From Phoronis australis (taxonomy: Eukaryota > Animalia > Phoronida), in NCBI GenBank assembly GCA_002633005.1, contig NMRA01000628.1:1-62830 (forward strand): 62,830 bases of DNA. The letters run 5' to 3'. The position numbers and the translations under genes were made by a program. Each line of letters begins with the position of its first letter. Positions within the stretch are counted from its first letter, which is position 1. Shown here one piece after another: positions 45,463-57,529 of the stretch. Under the pieces are notes generated by a model, which was not told where the DNA came from, ran no database searches, and worked only from the letters and a program-made list of their open reading frames with translations.

Positions 45463-47505
45463 CTAAGGGCACGAACACCCTGCCTTGTAGCGGATATAGT
45501 CCAACCTCCAGTCGTTAGTCGTGGCGTTGCTATCTTTGACGACAGCAAGGGAATAACTATATATTTGGATGTGGTTTATCGTATTTCTACATTCGACAGA
45601 ACGAATCTTTTGCTCAATGTTCCTGTTTTTAAATAATTTAACTATTGTACCTTCGAGTGTGTAACCACCTGTAGGCTTGGTCCACCTGACCACGGACGGA
45701 CAACTTGGATTGCGTGGATGGGAAACGTGGAAAAAACTTGACGCGTCTGCTAACAGTTGGTTAAACCGCCCACCATTGTAACTTTGCATCTTTTCGAACA
45801 ACTGAAGCAATGGATCCGTAACCGTCTGCGAAACAGCGTTATTCCTGGAAATATGACAACGACAATATAATAATGAAACCAACCATAAATGGTACTTCAA
45901 GTTTCATAATCGACGACAGTGCTGAAGGAACTTAATCCGAATAAGTGAATAAGATACACGGATTTATCTCAGACAACCATCCAAGTGTTGTACATGTATC
46001 TCAGACAGCTATTCAAGTGTTCTATCTATGACATCTACACCAGCATTCAACATCGAGTGTTGTGTCTCGGACAAAACTTGAACAACTGTTCGGAGCTCAG
46101 TAATGTTTGTTAAACGTTCACCGATTTCCTACGTAAATGTGTTTTTCGTTTGATTTTTTTCAGAAAGAATAGAGAGACTCTCGACTTCTGAACTTAGAAA
46201 TAGGTGACCTTCAGCTACCGCCTTTCTCACAAAGCTCCCTGTGTCAGTCACGTGATTATTGTTCGACATTAGAATAACACCTTGGGCTACACGATATTTT
46301 GGTAAAATGAATAAAATATAAGATGGAGCATGGATTGGGGACCGGTATTGTCCCCCCACCCCTATGTCTCTTTACAGGGATTCACGACTACAGCCTGTAT
46401 CGGTCAAAAAATGATGAAAAAATTATATACTCACTCCAAGTTTTCTTCTTGCGTTGGCAGCGACTTCATTGTCACGGTGTGAATCCAGTACATTATAATT
46501 AACACCTAAAAAATTCAATAACTCTGTTAGTACGAAAAATGGTCGTTGGCAATCATTTGTTTGAAGAGTGTATGCCTATGTTATTTATTCCAGTCTACAA
46601 ATATTTTCAATATGATCTTGAAGCTTGTATGCAAAAGTTGTTTACATGTATGTTTACACAACAACATCATACACGAATCCACGTTTTTTCTCCACCATCT
46701 TGGTAAGCAGGAGAGTAAAACCTGTTACAATTTTTAGATTGTCATAGGCAATTTCAAATATCTAAGATAATCGTGCATTCGTTTTTCTACGAATGCTGTA
46801 TTTTACAGAGCATTTGAAAAGGTCGAGGATGGCAATGAAGCCCGGTAATTTGTAGCGTTAGTCACACTGCAGTTAACTTCAACGAATTGCACCCAGCGGC
46901 CAGTTTGCATGCATATTGCTAGAGAGCTATCGACACAGTTCAAACAACGCTGCTGTATTCACGTGCTGGCGGCATTAATTTGTCGGAAAGCGCTTTGCTG
47001 TTCGCCAGTTGCTTGCTATTTTAGAAGAAAACGGCATTCTGTTATCGGTTCCTCAGAGAGCGCAACGATTACTCCACTAAGGTGTCATTAGACATAGCTT
47101 CTTGTGAGAAAAGCAAGAACTTTGCAAGAATTCACGAGATATCTTCACGTGTTGCTAGCAAAACTCGTGACCTCACTATTTTTGGGTCTTCACTGAAGAA
47201 GTTTACCTTGGGTAGAGTTCAATAGCTGTCTCGGTGCTAGAAAATCTTGCTAAAATCACGTGCTTTCATTGAAAATACACGGCAATATCCCGTTTAATCT
47301 CGCAAGATCTTGCTTTTCTAGCGAAGTACTAGTGTTATTGAACTCGACCTTGTTAATTACCACGCTAGTGGGCATATGAATTCTTTACCCTGCTCGGATT
47401 CGAGTGCATTCGCTGTCAAGGTCAAGGTCAACACCAACGAGCGGAATGTTACTTTATGAACATTAACAGTTAACTTACTTTTCTACAAAACTTGATACAG
47501 TTCAT
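45463..47505 (-). CDS. Secreted Spaetzle/neurotrophin-like cystine-knot protein, 159 aa, with only 4 of the 6 knot cysteines
   Basis: complement(join 47505-47479, 46505-46435, 45844-45463), 480 nt, phases 0 and 2; Kozak-like accaccATG; signal-peptide-like MNCIKFCRKVLIIMYWIHTVTM; mature domain CPSVVRWTKPTGGYTLEGTIVKLFKNRNIEQKIRSVEC..QIYSYSLAVVKD..WRLDYIRYKAGCSCP follows the Spaetzle/NGF-like pattern. Confidence 0.85.
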
Positions 47506-47585
47506 GGTGGTGTTCAGATCTTTGATATCTACAAAGGCAAATTTAAGAAAACAATGCATTAAACTGCACCAACAGGATTAGGACA

Positions 47586-47977
47586 CCGGGGCCAGGTCTC
47601 TAATCTTTGTGCTGGAAACGAACTCGAAATTATTTTTGGCAATATCTCTGCTCCTTTTGTGTTAACTCAAGATAAGTGGTTATCAGACTGTGGTCGAATA
47701 ATTATAGTTTATGCATATGAGTTTCTAGTCCAAGTTTGCACTTAAAAACCTTTATCATTCGTGCTACAACCTCGAGTAAAAACTCGAAATTTCGAGTTCA
47801 AACTCGAACTTTTAGCTTTAATGATGGATTTGCCAACTGCAAACTAGGACTCTATAAATCATCCACGTAAGTCAATATGTACTCGAGCATATAGAGTAAT
47901 AGACACTTATCTTGAGTTCACACTAAAGTATAGTGAAAAAGGCCATTTCGAGTAAAAAGATTCGAGACTGGGCCCAG
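47586..47977. mobile_element. Foldback MITE in intron 1 of the Spaetzle-like gene
   Basis: ccggggccaggtctctaatcttt / aaagattcgagactgggcccag; internal aactcaagataagtg / cacttatcttgagtt; centre aaactcgaaatttcgagtt. Confidence 0.85.
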
Positions 47978-48204
47978 AAGACACATTCACGTAGTATGAA
48001 GATTGGAAGTGAATAACAGTGTGCTGTGTGAGTCAATTTCATACGTACATGTACATGTATAATGCGCGTGTGTTTAGGTACATGTACATGCACAGGCTAG
48101 AACATCCGAAATAATTCCTGTTCAAAATTTGTTATGCTCACTTATTTCGCAAATTACATGCTTCTACGGTTAGCCATGGGAGGAAGACGGCTACATATGG
48201 CTAC

Positions 48205-48690
48205 CTCTACGGCGTTTTCCCGTTGAGCCAGACTTGTTCGATTCTATAGCCCAACGACAAATTGGGAGGATTACCCATATATGTAGCCATTATCTTACCT
48301 CGCTGGTCCCCTAGGTGCCGCTCATGGTGGTCGGTAGCCAGCGTGCTGGCTAGGCACGTAGGAAACCAGCGAGTTATCTTACACGACCGATTAGCTCCAT
48401 TCTGGCATTCATGGTTGGAGGGCCAGCTCTTTTTTGTTAGATAATTGCTCTAATCTCCGATCAGATCCTATCTAGCTTGACTGGGCTGTGCTTGTAAAAT
48501 TAAAACTTATATTTGAACATAAACCAATAACATTTCTGAATTCCTCGTCAAATGCTGATCATATTTAATTTTTGAATCACCAAAATCGCCCAACTTCAAC
48601 GGAAGTCAAGACAATCTCTGTCATGTTATCACACCCTCACAACCCCTCACGTCTGGTAAAGTCACTGAACGGCAGAACGCCGTAATGTAT
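48205..48690 (-). mobile_element. Interspersed repeat, copy 3 (longest) of the 20405-20830 family
   Basis: The reverse complement matches both 20413-20475 (ccagacgtgagggg) and 20605-20829. Confidence 0.8.
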
Positions 48691-50349
48691 TTCCTTAGTC
48701 CGGTACGGCAACCACTGTGTGCAGGGAGTGTATAATGTCTTTTGTCGTTGATATCACCCTAAGTTTGCAGTGAGAATAACACCTTACTTGAATTAATCGT
48801 AAGAATACAATGGCCAGACACAACTCGTACATTTTATCTAACAAAACCCAGCGGGACTATAATTAGTTTCACTGAAGCACGCGACTTGCGCCAGATGCTT
48901 GAAACAAATTTACACATGTTTCTTTACATTAGTCTGTTCTGTGATAGTGTTTCGAAACACTTAGTCCGCTTCCGAGTTAAATTTGTAGCCAGTGTAATGG
49001 AAGACGGATGTTAATAACCACAGTGTATCTATTCATAGGATAAATTGACCACTGCCTGAGAATTGCGTGGCTGTGTTGTTCCAATAACAACCAAGTCCTT
49101 ATATTAAATGATCTTTTTCTCGGGTATTTTTCAGTTTCGTGAAAAAAATCAAAATTTCTAGAAGACTTTTCCCAAGGAAAATTTGCTGCCGAGATATTCC
49201 GAAATCCATCAAATGCGAACGAAATATTTTAGAAGACTGGAACAGCAACTTTGAGATCTCGTCACTTCTAGGTTTTTGCTATAAAAAGCTGTTCTCACTA
49301 ATTCACCTTATATTGACAAAGTTGACGGAAAACTCGGTTTAAAACCGTTATGTGAGAGCATTTGCTATAATGCAGTTTTCAAGGACGAACGAAAACATTA
49401 CTATCAAAAACGGCGTATCTACGTGTACCTCTTAACGAATGAAAATTTTTCATTTTGTTCGGTTAACGCTGATGTCAGCACCACCGTAAAAATTTCGTGC
49501 TTCTCAGCGTTTTCGACACGATGATAAAAGTATCAGTTTATTTCTGAGAGTTGAAAAAAGACGTCTTCAAAACATTAGATACTTTACGAGGCCCAATTTG
49601 TTTGTTTAAGCTTGTAAGCTGATGAACACCTGATTCACGTGCACATAATTAAAGCTTGAGCCACATGGTAGGTACATGTACCGTTCTCAATTACCGCAAT
49701 TTTCACGAGAGTACAAACCGTACGGTTTCCCCAACCTTCTCGAAAATCCCGAAAGTGTACAGAAAGGCCAATGTTTCATAACGTCTGTGTTTTATGCCTA
49801 TTAAAATGCAAGTGTGTTTCAAAGTTAAATGCGAGTGTTGGTTTGTACAATGAAGTGACACAAAATAAAATATTACTTCCAGGCAATTCTTCGTGTATTT
49901 TGTTTTTGCTTGGTTAGACCTCGGCGACAATTTTGAATTTAGGTCATTTAGGGATTTGGCGATGTTTTAATTATGTGAAAAGGTAATACACGGCCACTTC
50001 TTTTAGTTGACATCGCCATTTAAAGACGCCAAGCATTTGCTAGACACAACCCCGTCCCCATCCCCAAAAAGCGCGCGCTTTGTACGCTGGTGAAATGGCA
50101 ATAATTCTGATCGGTCCCTTTATAAAGTATGATCGAACAGTTCCATTTGGGCATACTATTTGAAAAGTGAAGTCGATTGATCCAGTAGGATCGTTTAACA
50201 AAACTTTGTTAAAACATGAGCGACTCTTAAAAAACCCGCCATCCTGTTAACCTTTCTGAAAACTACTGGTGTGAACTGCAAAAGACGATGCTACTCGTAA
50301 AGCACAATATCAGACTAATTATATCATGTACAAAGTTGAACACACTTAC

Positions 50350-50445
50350 CTTGACTTTTCGGACCTTTCGCGGATAGCGTAGTCTCGTGTCTTGGAATGG
50401 TTGCTATAGTCTTGATCACAAGCGGGGATCATCGTTCTTTATATA
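50350..50445 (-). promoter_or_regulatory. TATA box and non-coding first exon of the Spaetzle-like gene
   Basis: Minus-strand TATATAAAG at 50445-50437, ~90 nt upstream of a perfect AAG|GTAAGT donor at 50350/50349; exon 2 acceptor (ctttgtag) at 47529. Confidence 0.6.
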
Positions 50446-51138
50446 AGGTTGACAAAAATGTGTGGGATAGTCTTCAGTTCTGACATTGAGTGTACTTCGG
50501 TGACCGGGAGTGGAATTCATTAGTAAGCAATATTTGAGATTCGACATCAGACGAAAATAAAGAATTGAATCATTTTCGCCACAACCCTAAACAGTGTAAC
50601 GGAAGCGGGACAACATTAGCCCTATTGTTCTGGATCCCGGAACAAGTTTACTTGCATCGTTGTCAAACGAGACTTGGGCTCAGGTCATGTTTTTACTTCT
50701 ACGTTGATTTTCCCAAGGCTGAAAAATCTAAATTCTTACTTTGAAGGTAGCCATTTGTGTGATTTTTTGATGAAATCAAGAATTTTTTTTAAAAAATGTG
50801 CATGTAGGTAATTTCGTGTTGAACTATGTACTTTTGCCGTGAACACACAGGTATCTCAGATTGTCGATTTACTTTCAAACAACAGAGAAACCAGCCACCA
50901 ATGTTATCATTTTAGGATATCATACCACGTTTTTTTACTTGACCTCTGGTACCTTCGTTTTCCGAAAGCAAATCAGATATATGAGATACCTTTCTTTTGA
51001 CTACAGACCATCGGACAATTTTGCAAAATCTCGTGCGAATCAATCGTTGTGCTAATGAGATATTGATGTTCAAAAATACTTAATGCGCTTCAAAACTAAA
51101 AGTATTCAAAGCATTCATTGAAAATTTGCCACACAATT

Positions 51139-51411
51139 CATGCGTGCACCCAGGGGGGGGAGGGGGGGGGNNNNNNNTCGGGGACTCAAACAAGCCCCCC
51201 CCCATTTGGCGAAGTGAGCGAAAACGTCCGCCTTAGAGAAACAAAAACCCCGAGAAAACGAGGCAAAAGTCCACTAAAAGGACGCAGACGCACAGTTTAC
51301 TGTTTCGAAGGTAGTACCCCGTTTTTTTTAGTCCTGCCGATATTTTGTCAGCAAAAGGTCCACATCGACAGAAATTCGAGCCCCCAAAATTCAAGGCTGG
51401 GTGCGAGCATG
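51139..51411. mobile_element. MITE with CATGC..GCACCCA TIRs and a 5-bp TSD (CAATT)
   Basis: caatt|catgcgtgcaccca ... tgggtgcgagcatg|caatt. Confidence 0.88.
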
Positions 51412-52364
51412 CAATTACAAAAGCACTTGAACTCGTTCCAAAGAACTCATTACTTGGCATATTGACAGCTGTGAGAAGAAACGAAAAATATGAAAAAAAT
51501 CATTCAATATGTGAACGCGGAGATTTTTGAGAAAAAAATATCCACGAGAGTTGACTAATGCATACAGTCACACTCAATCATAAAGGCACTTTCAAATGGC
51601 GCATGCGCGGTACTCTCATATCATGAGGGGCAGTACTGAGGAGGCGCTCAGCAGGTTCGCATTTTTTTGTTTGTCTGGCCAAGGTGCAATGAGGGAAGGA
51701 CATTATTTAATCTTTTCTGCAACAAAAGTGGAAGTCAAAACACTCCAGATTCCAAAAAATGCGTAGGCAAGGGTATTTGAGCAGATCGTAGTTTTGCTAA
51801 TTTGAAATGTATGAAAGGTGCCTGAATTTCACCCTGATATGCCACCAGAATGCTGAAGAATAGGCACCATTGGAAGTAAAATAAGCAAAAAGGTCAACAA
51901 AAAGCATTTTCAAAAACAGGTTAAAAATTTAATAAATACCATACCGACGTATGGGTCTAAATACTGGGATGGGTCTAAATACTGGGATGTAGGTCGAAGA
52001 CGCGTTGCATTCGAAATACGATACTCAGTGACCTAAAAACAATTTCCAAGGCAACCGCAAACGCGTGCATAGAAATACTAAACCGTATTTAATGATGCAA
52101 GAACAAAACAGGAAGACCAATTTCACAACTTAACTCGGTGATGTCACTTCGAACTTGTCAGAAATCGCTGGCAGCCCATTTGCGGCACCACCACCGCTGT
52201 ACATTTCGCCTCAGGCGCGACTGTGTTCACGCCTTCTGTGGGGACAGATCGACGAAAGAAAATTACTCAGAATTTTAGACATTTGTGGTAAGGCAAACTC
52301 ACATGAGACAATGTCAAAACCATATTAAAAAACAATAATTATCACGATAATGATACTTCTATTG

Positions 52365-52755
52365 GTTTTACTAATAACACTGCTACTGTTAATAATACTG
52401 CTGTTGCTACCGCTGTTGTTGCTGCTACTACTACTGCGGCTACTACAGTACAACTAATGATAATAATAGCAATTATGATTCTAACATTCTTGATAATATC
52501 CATTCATGAATATTATTATTATAATTGTTGTTTTGTTAGTATTACGACTATTGTTACTGTTATTATTACTCCATGCTTTCATAAAAATGGAAATAATAAT
52601 CATAACCGTTATAACGGTAATAAGTTGTTATAAATGGTATGAATAATATTTCAAAATTGTTAAAATGTCAATAATAACGAACAAATAATAATAATGAAAA
52701 CAATAATAACCATAATTGTAAAAAATATTATTATTATTATTATTATTATTATGAA
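52365..52755. repeat. Degenerate AT-rich trinucleotide (AAT/TAC/TGT) low-complexity tract
   Basis: ctactactac, ttattattat and aataataat runs. Confidence 0.8.
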
Positions 52756-53242
52756 AAATGCTATTAGCCAGTTTTATGTCATGCAACTAACTTTTGTTTT
52801 GAAGTGCTAACAGTTACGAAATAGGGCGCTTGAAAATGTCTTTTTATATTTGTTCGTTTCATTCACCGAGTCATGGCTTCATGGAATAACTCTTTCTCGG
52901 TTCATACAAAGCTGTTTGTTTAGCAAGCTCATGAACATCGCTTGTTAGACGCGTTGTTTTGTTCGCCGGGTCATACCATATAGCAGTAACGATTTGCCCA
53001 ATTTTTTTCGAATCTGAGTAAAGGACCTTCATACGGAGATACTTTTCATTGCGTTCTCAAGAATTGGACCATAGCGAGCTAAAACTGAGTGGGAACCCTT
53101 GTTATAGTCTGACTAAAAGCCTCATCGCAAGGTGTTGTTTGTTTCCGGCTGCCCCCGGCTGTTTCATCGAGATTTCAGGAAAGGTCTCGAAAGTTCTGAG
53201 AAAGAGTTTGGTGTGCAAGGCCCCAAGGGGACAAGATCAGAC

Positions 53243-53462
53243 CTGTAGCCCTTTCCAAGAAAACTGACTTAGCTAAGACAAATGTTGAATTTAAATCAAT
53301 TTTTAAACAAAACTTTAGTTTGTTTTAAATCCATTCCGAGAAAGATATCCTAAGTTCTTGACTAGCTTTGGGGTTATAGAAGTTACAAAGTTTGGAAGTT
53401 GAGACAAATCTTTGACTTAGGTTAAAAATAAACTTAAGTCAGTTTCTTGGAACGGACCCCTG
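53243..53462. mobile_element. MITE with ~25-bp TIRs
   Basis: ttccaagaaaactgactta ... taagtcagtttcttggaa. Confidence 0.7.
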
Positions 53463-53547
53463 TTTTACAAATGGTGGTAAAGGCAGTGGTGCCTGTACGA
53501 TACCAAAATTCCATTTCTTTAACCGAACGTGAGATTATAGCTGCTTC

Positions 53548-53594
53548 AATAATAATAATTATTATTGTTATAGTACTACTACTACTACTACTAC

Positions 53595-53627
<33 letters not shown>

Positions 53628-53775
53628 TAGTAGTAGTAGTAGTAGTACTATAATAATAATAATTATTATTATTATTATAGTACTACTAATATTATTATTA
53701 TTATTATTATTATTATTAGTAGTAGTAGTAGTACTATAATAATAATAATAATTATTATTATTATAGTACTACTAA

Positions 53776-53810
<35 letters not shown>

Positions 53811-54150
53811 GTAGTAGTACTATAATAATAATAATTATTATTATAGTACTACTAATATTATTATTATTATTATTATTATTAGTAGTAGTACTATAATAAT
53901 AATAATTATTATTATTATTATAGTACTACTACTGATAATAATAATAATTATTATTATTATTATAACAACTTTAATAATGATAATAATATTCATAATGACA
54001 TCATATCATTATAGACTGACAATTAATATAAGCGTAATTATCTTGTAATATAATAGTATGATATTTAATATGATTTTCATTGCACTAATATTTATATAAT
54101 AATATCATATTAGTTTAATAATTATATTGTTATTGTTATTGTTATTGCGT
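53548..54150. repeat. Compound (AAT)/(ATT)/(AGT)/(ACT) microsatellite with higher-order repetition
   Basis: (taa)n(tta)n tagtac(tac)n taata(tta)n(gta)n blocks iterated about 4 times, internally self-complementary. Confidence 0.95.
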
Positions 54151-56960
54151 TTTAGCATTGTTCCTGTTGGTATTATTACTGTTCATAACGTTTTTCATAC
54201 AGCATTAAGGTTGTTATCAGCGGTACGCAGCAAAATTGGGCAGCAGACTTATTGTAAGGCAATTTTGGTATTGTATTGCTGTGGTCCAGCCCCGTGAAAC
54301 CTTGTGGCTTGTCTACGCATTTACATGGGTATTCACCCAACGGAGGAATTACAGACGTGGTTGTCCTCCGGCCAAATAGGATCAATTTCACCAAAAGTAC
54401 TGATGAATGCCATTGAGCGTGCTGTGACGAGAAAACATACAGGCATTAACTTAGTAGCTTACACAACACCACTGCCTATAGCAATTTCACAAAAACGATA
54501 CCAAACTCATTAGATTGATTTGCGCCACGGACGTACAAGTATATAACGAAGATTTTCTTTTATTATCGATATTTTCGTTATCGTACAACTCAACTTCGTC
54601 TCCTTAATCTAAAGCTACGAGAGTATAAATTAACTTAAGAGTTAAAATTAATGCGCATTCGCTTCCATTCACCCTTACAACTAGTTACAACGTTCACTAA
54701 ACTATTTTTTTGAATTGTAAAACCATTTTGGAGAGAACCCAACTTTATTGTCAGGCAGCTGATCGCAGCTGCCGTAGCTGGGTGTCAGCATTGTTGAACA
54801 CTCGGGTAATTCGTGTACTTACTAATCAAAAGCCAGCGTGGCATCCTTTCGTTTTCTCCGGTCACGTTATTTTCACGTTCATAGTAGAAAGTTTAAAAAT
54901 GAATGTTACGCGTAGGTGTTTAACCTTATGCGGTAACAGTGTTCGCTGCTATTTTAAGAACTTAATTAGGTAAACTGAGGCAAAATGCACTTAGTAACGG
55001 AAAGTTTTAACCGTTTAGGTCAGTCTTTCAGTGACATAAAATTCAAGGAAATTGTTCCAAGGTAAGGTGTTAAAGACAAGCAGCTCGGTGCAAGAGTGTC
55101 GCACCTCTGGTAATTATGACGTGCTTTGAGCACATTCTTTATAAGTTAAGTAATACGGTGATAGACGGGTAAACTGTAGTTTGTCTGTCAACAAGTGCAT
55201 GGGGTGCGTTCGAACGGCCTTGTCCCAGCACAATCTCAGACAAAAGAAACTCTTGTGAAAAACGTACGTTTCAAAAGCACCGTGCCAAAAAATACACTTC
55301 CGCGTCGTGTTTCTGGCCATTTTCTGTCATTGGTGGCAAAAGGGTTTGATTACGAGAGTATCCTCCTATCTCGCTCATAATCCCATCCCACAGTACGACT
55401 TCATGCGCACTCCGAGGATCTCAGAATGAGGCTGGTGAGTCCGGTTGCATGAAATGTCTGAGGTAGGGAGTCACGAAGTTCCCTAAACTCTACATTTTTG
55501 TATCGTTCTTTACGAACAAATTTTATGTGTTTCTATAATTTTATCTTTGTTATCATGAACTCCTCTTTAATTAATGACAAGTTGATGTCTTCTTGTGACG
55601 TTAAAATAGATCACGTGGAAAATTTTCCGCGCGGGCATTTGATAAAACTATACTTTAATCACCTTTCAATCGTGACTATAATCAGGAAGGCATTGTCAGA
55701 AGGCCAAATGGCTAATAATTTTCCTCGTTCCGAAAGTACTGCTTTTCGGAGCGGTCCCTTTTCCACGGTTTCTTTGTTTAATAGTCTACATTACCGGCGT
55801 TGATTTGAAAATATTGAATGACGTCAACTCACGTTAGTAACGTTGACGTAGCCAACACTTGTATCGATGTCATTGCCAATATAGATTTTACCTGATCATG
55901 TAGCTCATATAGATTTCCCATAGTTAATACTTCTGAGGGTAGTGCTGCGTCAAATAACTTTAAAACAAGATATGGCGGCTGCAGTTCCTTAAAAGAGGAC
56001 CAGAGGAGCTTTTTGCGCTGCAGCAAAAGTCAGTTGAAAAACCGGGACTTAATTGCACTTCTCCCCAATGATAAAGACAGGTGAGATATACGAGTGATAC
56101 AAAGAGTTACTTTTGTGAAAATGCTGCCAGTCAACCATTGGTGTTGGTAGGGTTATTTGAACTTGTCTTACCTTCATAAGTTTCAAGGTTTTATTTGATT
56201 ACTCAAAGCAAAATTGTGGTAATCAGATACATGGCCCGCATGATGGGTACTTGATTTTAGAGCCAGTTACTCCCAATGAATTACGCTCGTTATTCAGTGG
56301 TAGTAACTGCTTCTCAAATGAATTTTGAGTGAGGGACCCACCTATCAAACTATAACCGAAATTGTCCTGCATGACTTAGGGCCTACTGATAACAATTCTA
56401 TGATTGGATCTGGCTGTAATTTCTGTCATTTCTTCAATTCACTTCAGTGTTTATACATTCTGATCCAAGAGGTAGGTGATAAACAGCAAATGTGAGGACC
56501 TGCTAAGAAGAAATGCTGTGATGTTAACTTAGTCCAGTAAACTAGTATGGGTTTAGGTCTTTACTGTGATGGGCCTTCGTACGGTTGTACTTTGAAGGAC
56601 CTATAGTCCCAAGGGTCATTACTTGAAAAATATATGAATCAGGCGTTATTCCAAAGCAACATTACTTCGAAGTGTGATTACTTAGCTGTATTAATGGGAA
56701 AGAGTGAGTGACGTTGCATAGACAATATTGTTGATGCCACATATTTTTCCTGCATGCTGTATTTGTTATAATGTAAATGATACTTTTTCAGCCAATAGAT
56801 CACAGCCACGTCACGAGTGAGCCCAGTGAAACACCCTCATCTGCTGAGCACCATACAGTGCTGCTTTAGTAAAGCTCTTAGGTGAGGTAATAGGACATAA
56901 TTGATAATGACCACAATTCCATCCTCCATGACTGATGGTTTTGTTATACCTATTGTATTG

Positions 56961-57087
56961 CTATCTGAAGCTCACCTCTCTAGTTACTATAGTTATAAAA
57001 AGCGGACTCTGTTGTTATATATATTGTATTTCTACCTGAAGCTAACCTCTCTACTTACTATAGTTATAAAAAGCAGACTCTGTTGTT
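56961..57087. repeat. ~71-bp tandem duplication
   Basis: ctgaagct.acctctcta.ttactatagttataaaaagc.gactctgttgtt x2. Confidence 0.85.
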
Positions 57088-57529
57088 TTTGATTTCATGA
57101 CTTGGATGTTTACTTTTATTTATCTGAAAGGGTATTTTAAGTATTTGTTTGGTTTAACACACTGGGGATTTTTAAAGCCCGTTGAACGAAAAATATGCTG
57201 AAAATCTGAGGATGAGTCTTGAGTCAGACTGTTTGTTAAAAATGTGGGTGTGGACAAGTAGACAGTTAATATGTGTACATGTAGATACCCTAAATGTATT
57301 TTTGTATTCATTCATTTCAGAAAGCTGTTGACTTGAATGAGAAAGTAAGTCAAGCGGGATGCCGACAAGTCTGCACCCAGCAGACCCTGTTGTGCCTGTC
57401 ACTGTAGAGGGAATTGTCAGTGGTGCTGTCCGATTAGGCATGGCGCCAGTAACTGCAGCATCTTTGGTGCAACCATCAGAGACAGTAGATAGGGAGACAG
57501 TCCACCTAGCGAAATCCCATCGGATGGCC

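Noticed and set aside
50704-50713. NF-kB-like site (GGGAAAATCA on the minus strand) upstream of the Spaetzle-like TATA
   Set aside because: A single imperfect 10-mer is expected by chance
53447-53653. ORF with a very long hydrophobic I/L/V stretch
   Set aside because: Translation of the AAT/ACT microsatellite, not a membrane protein
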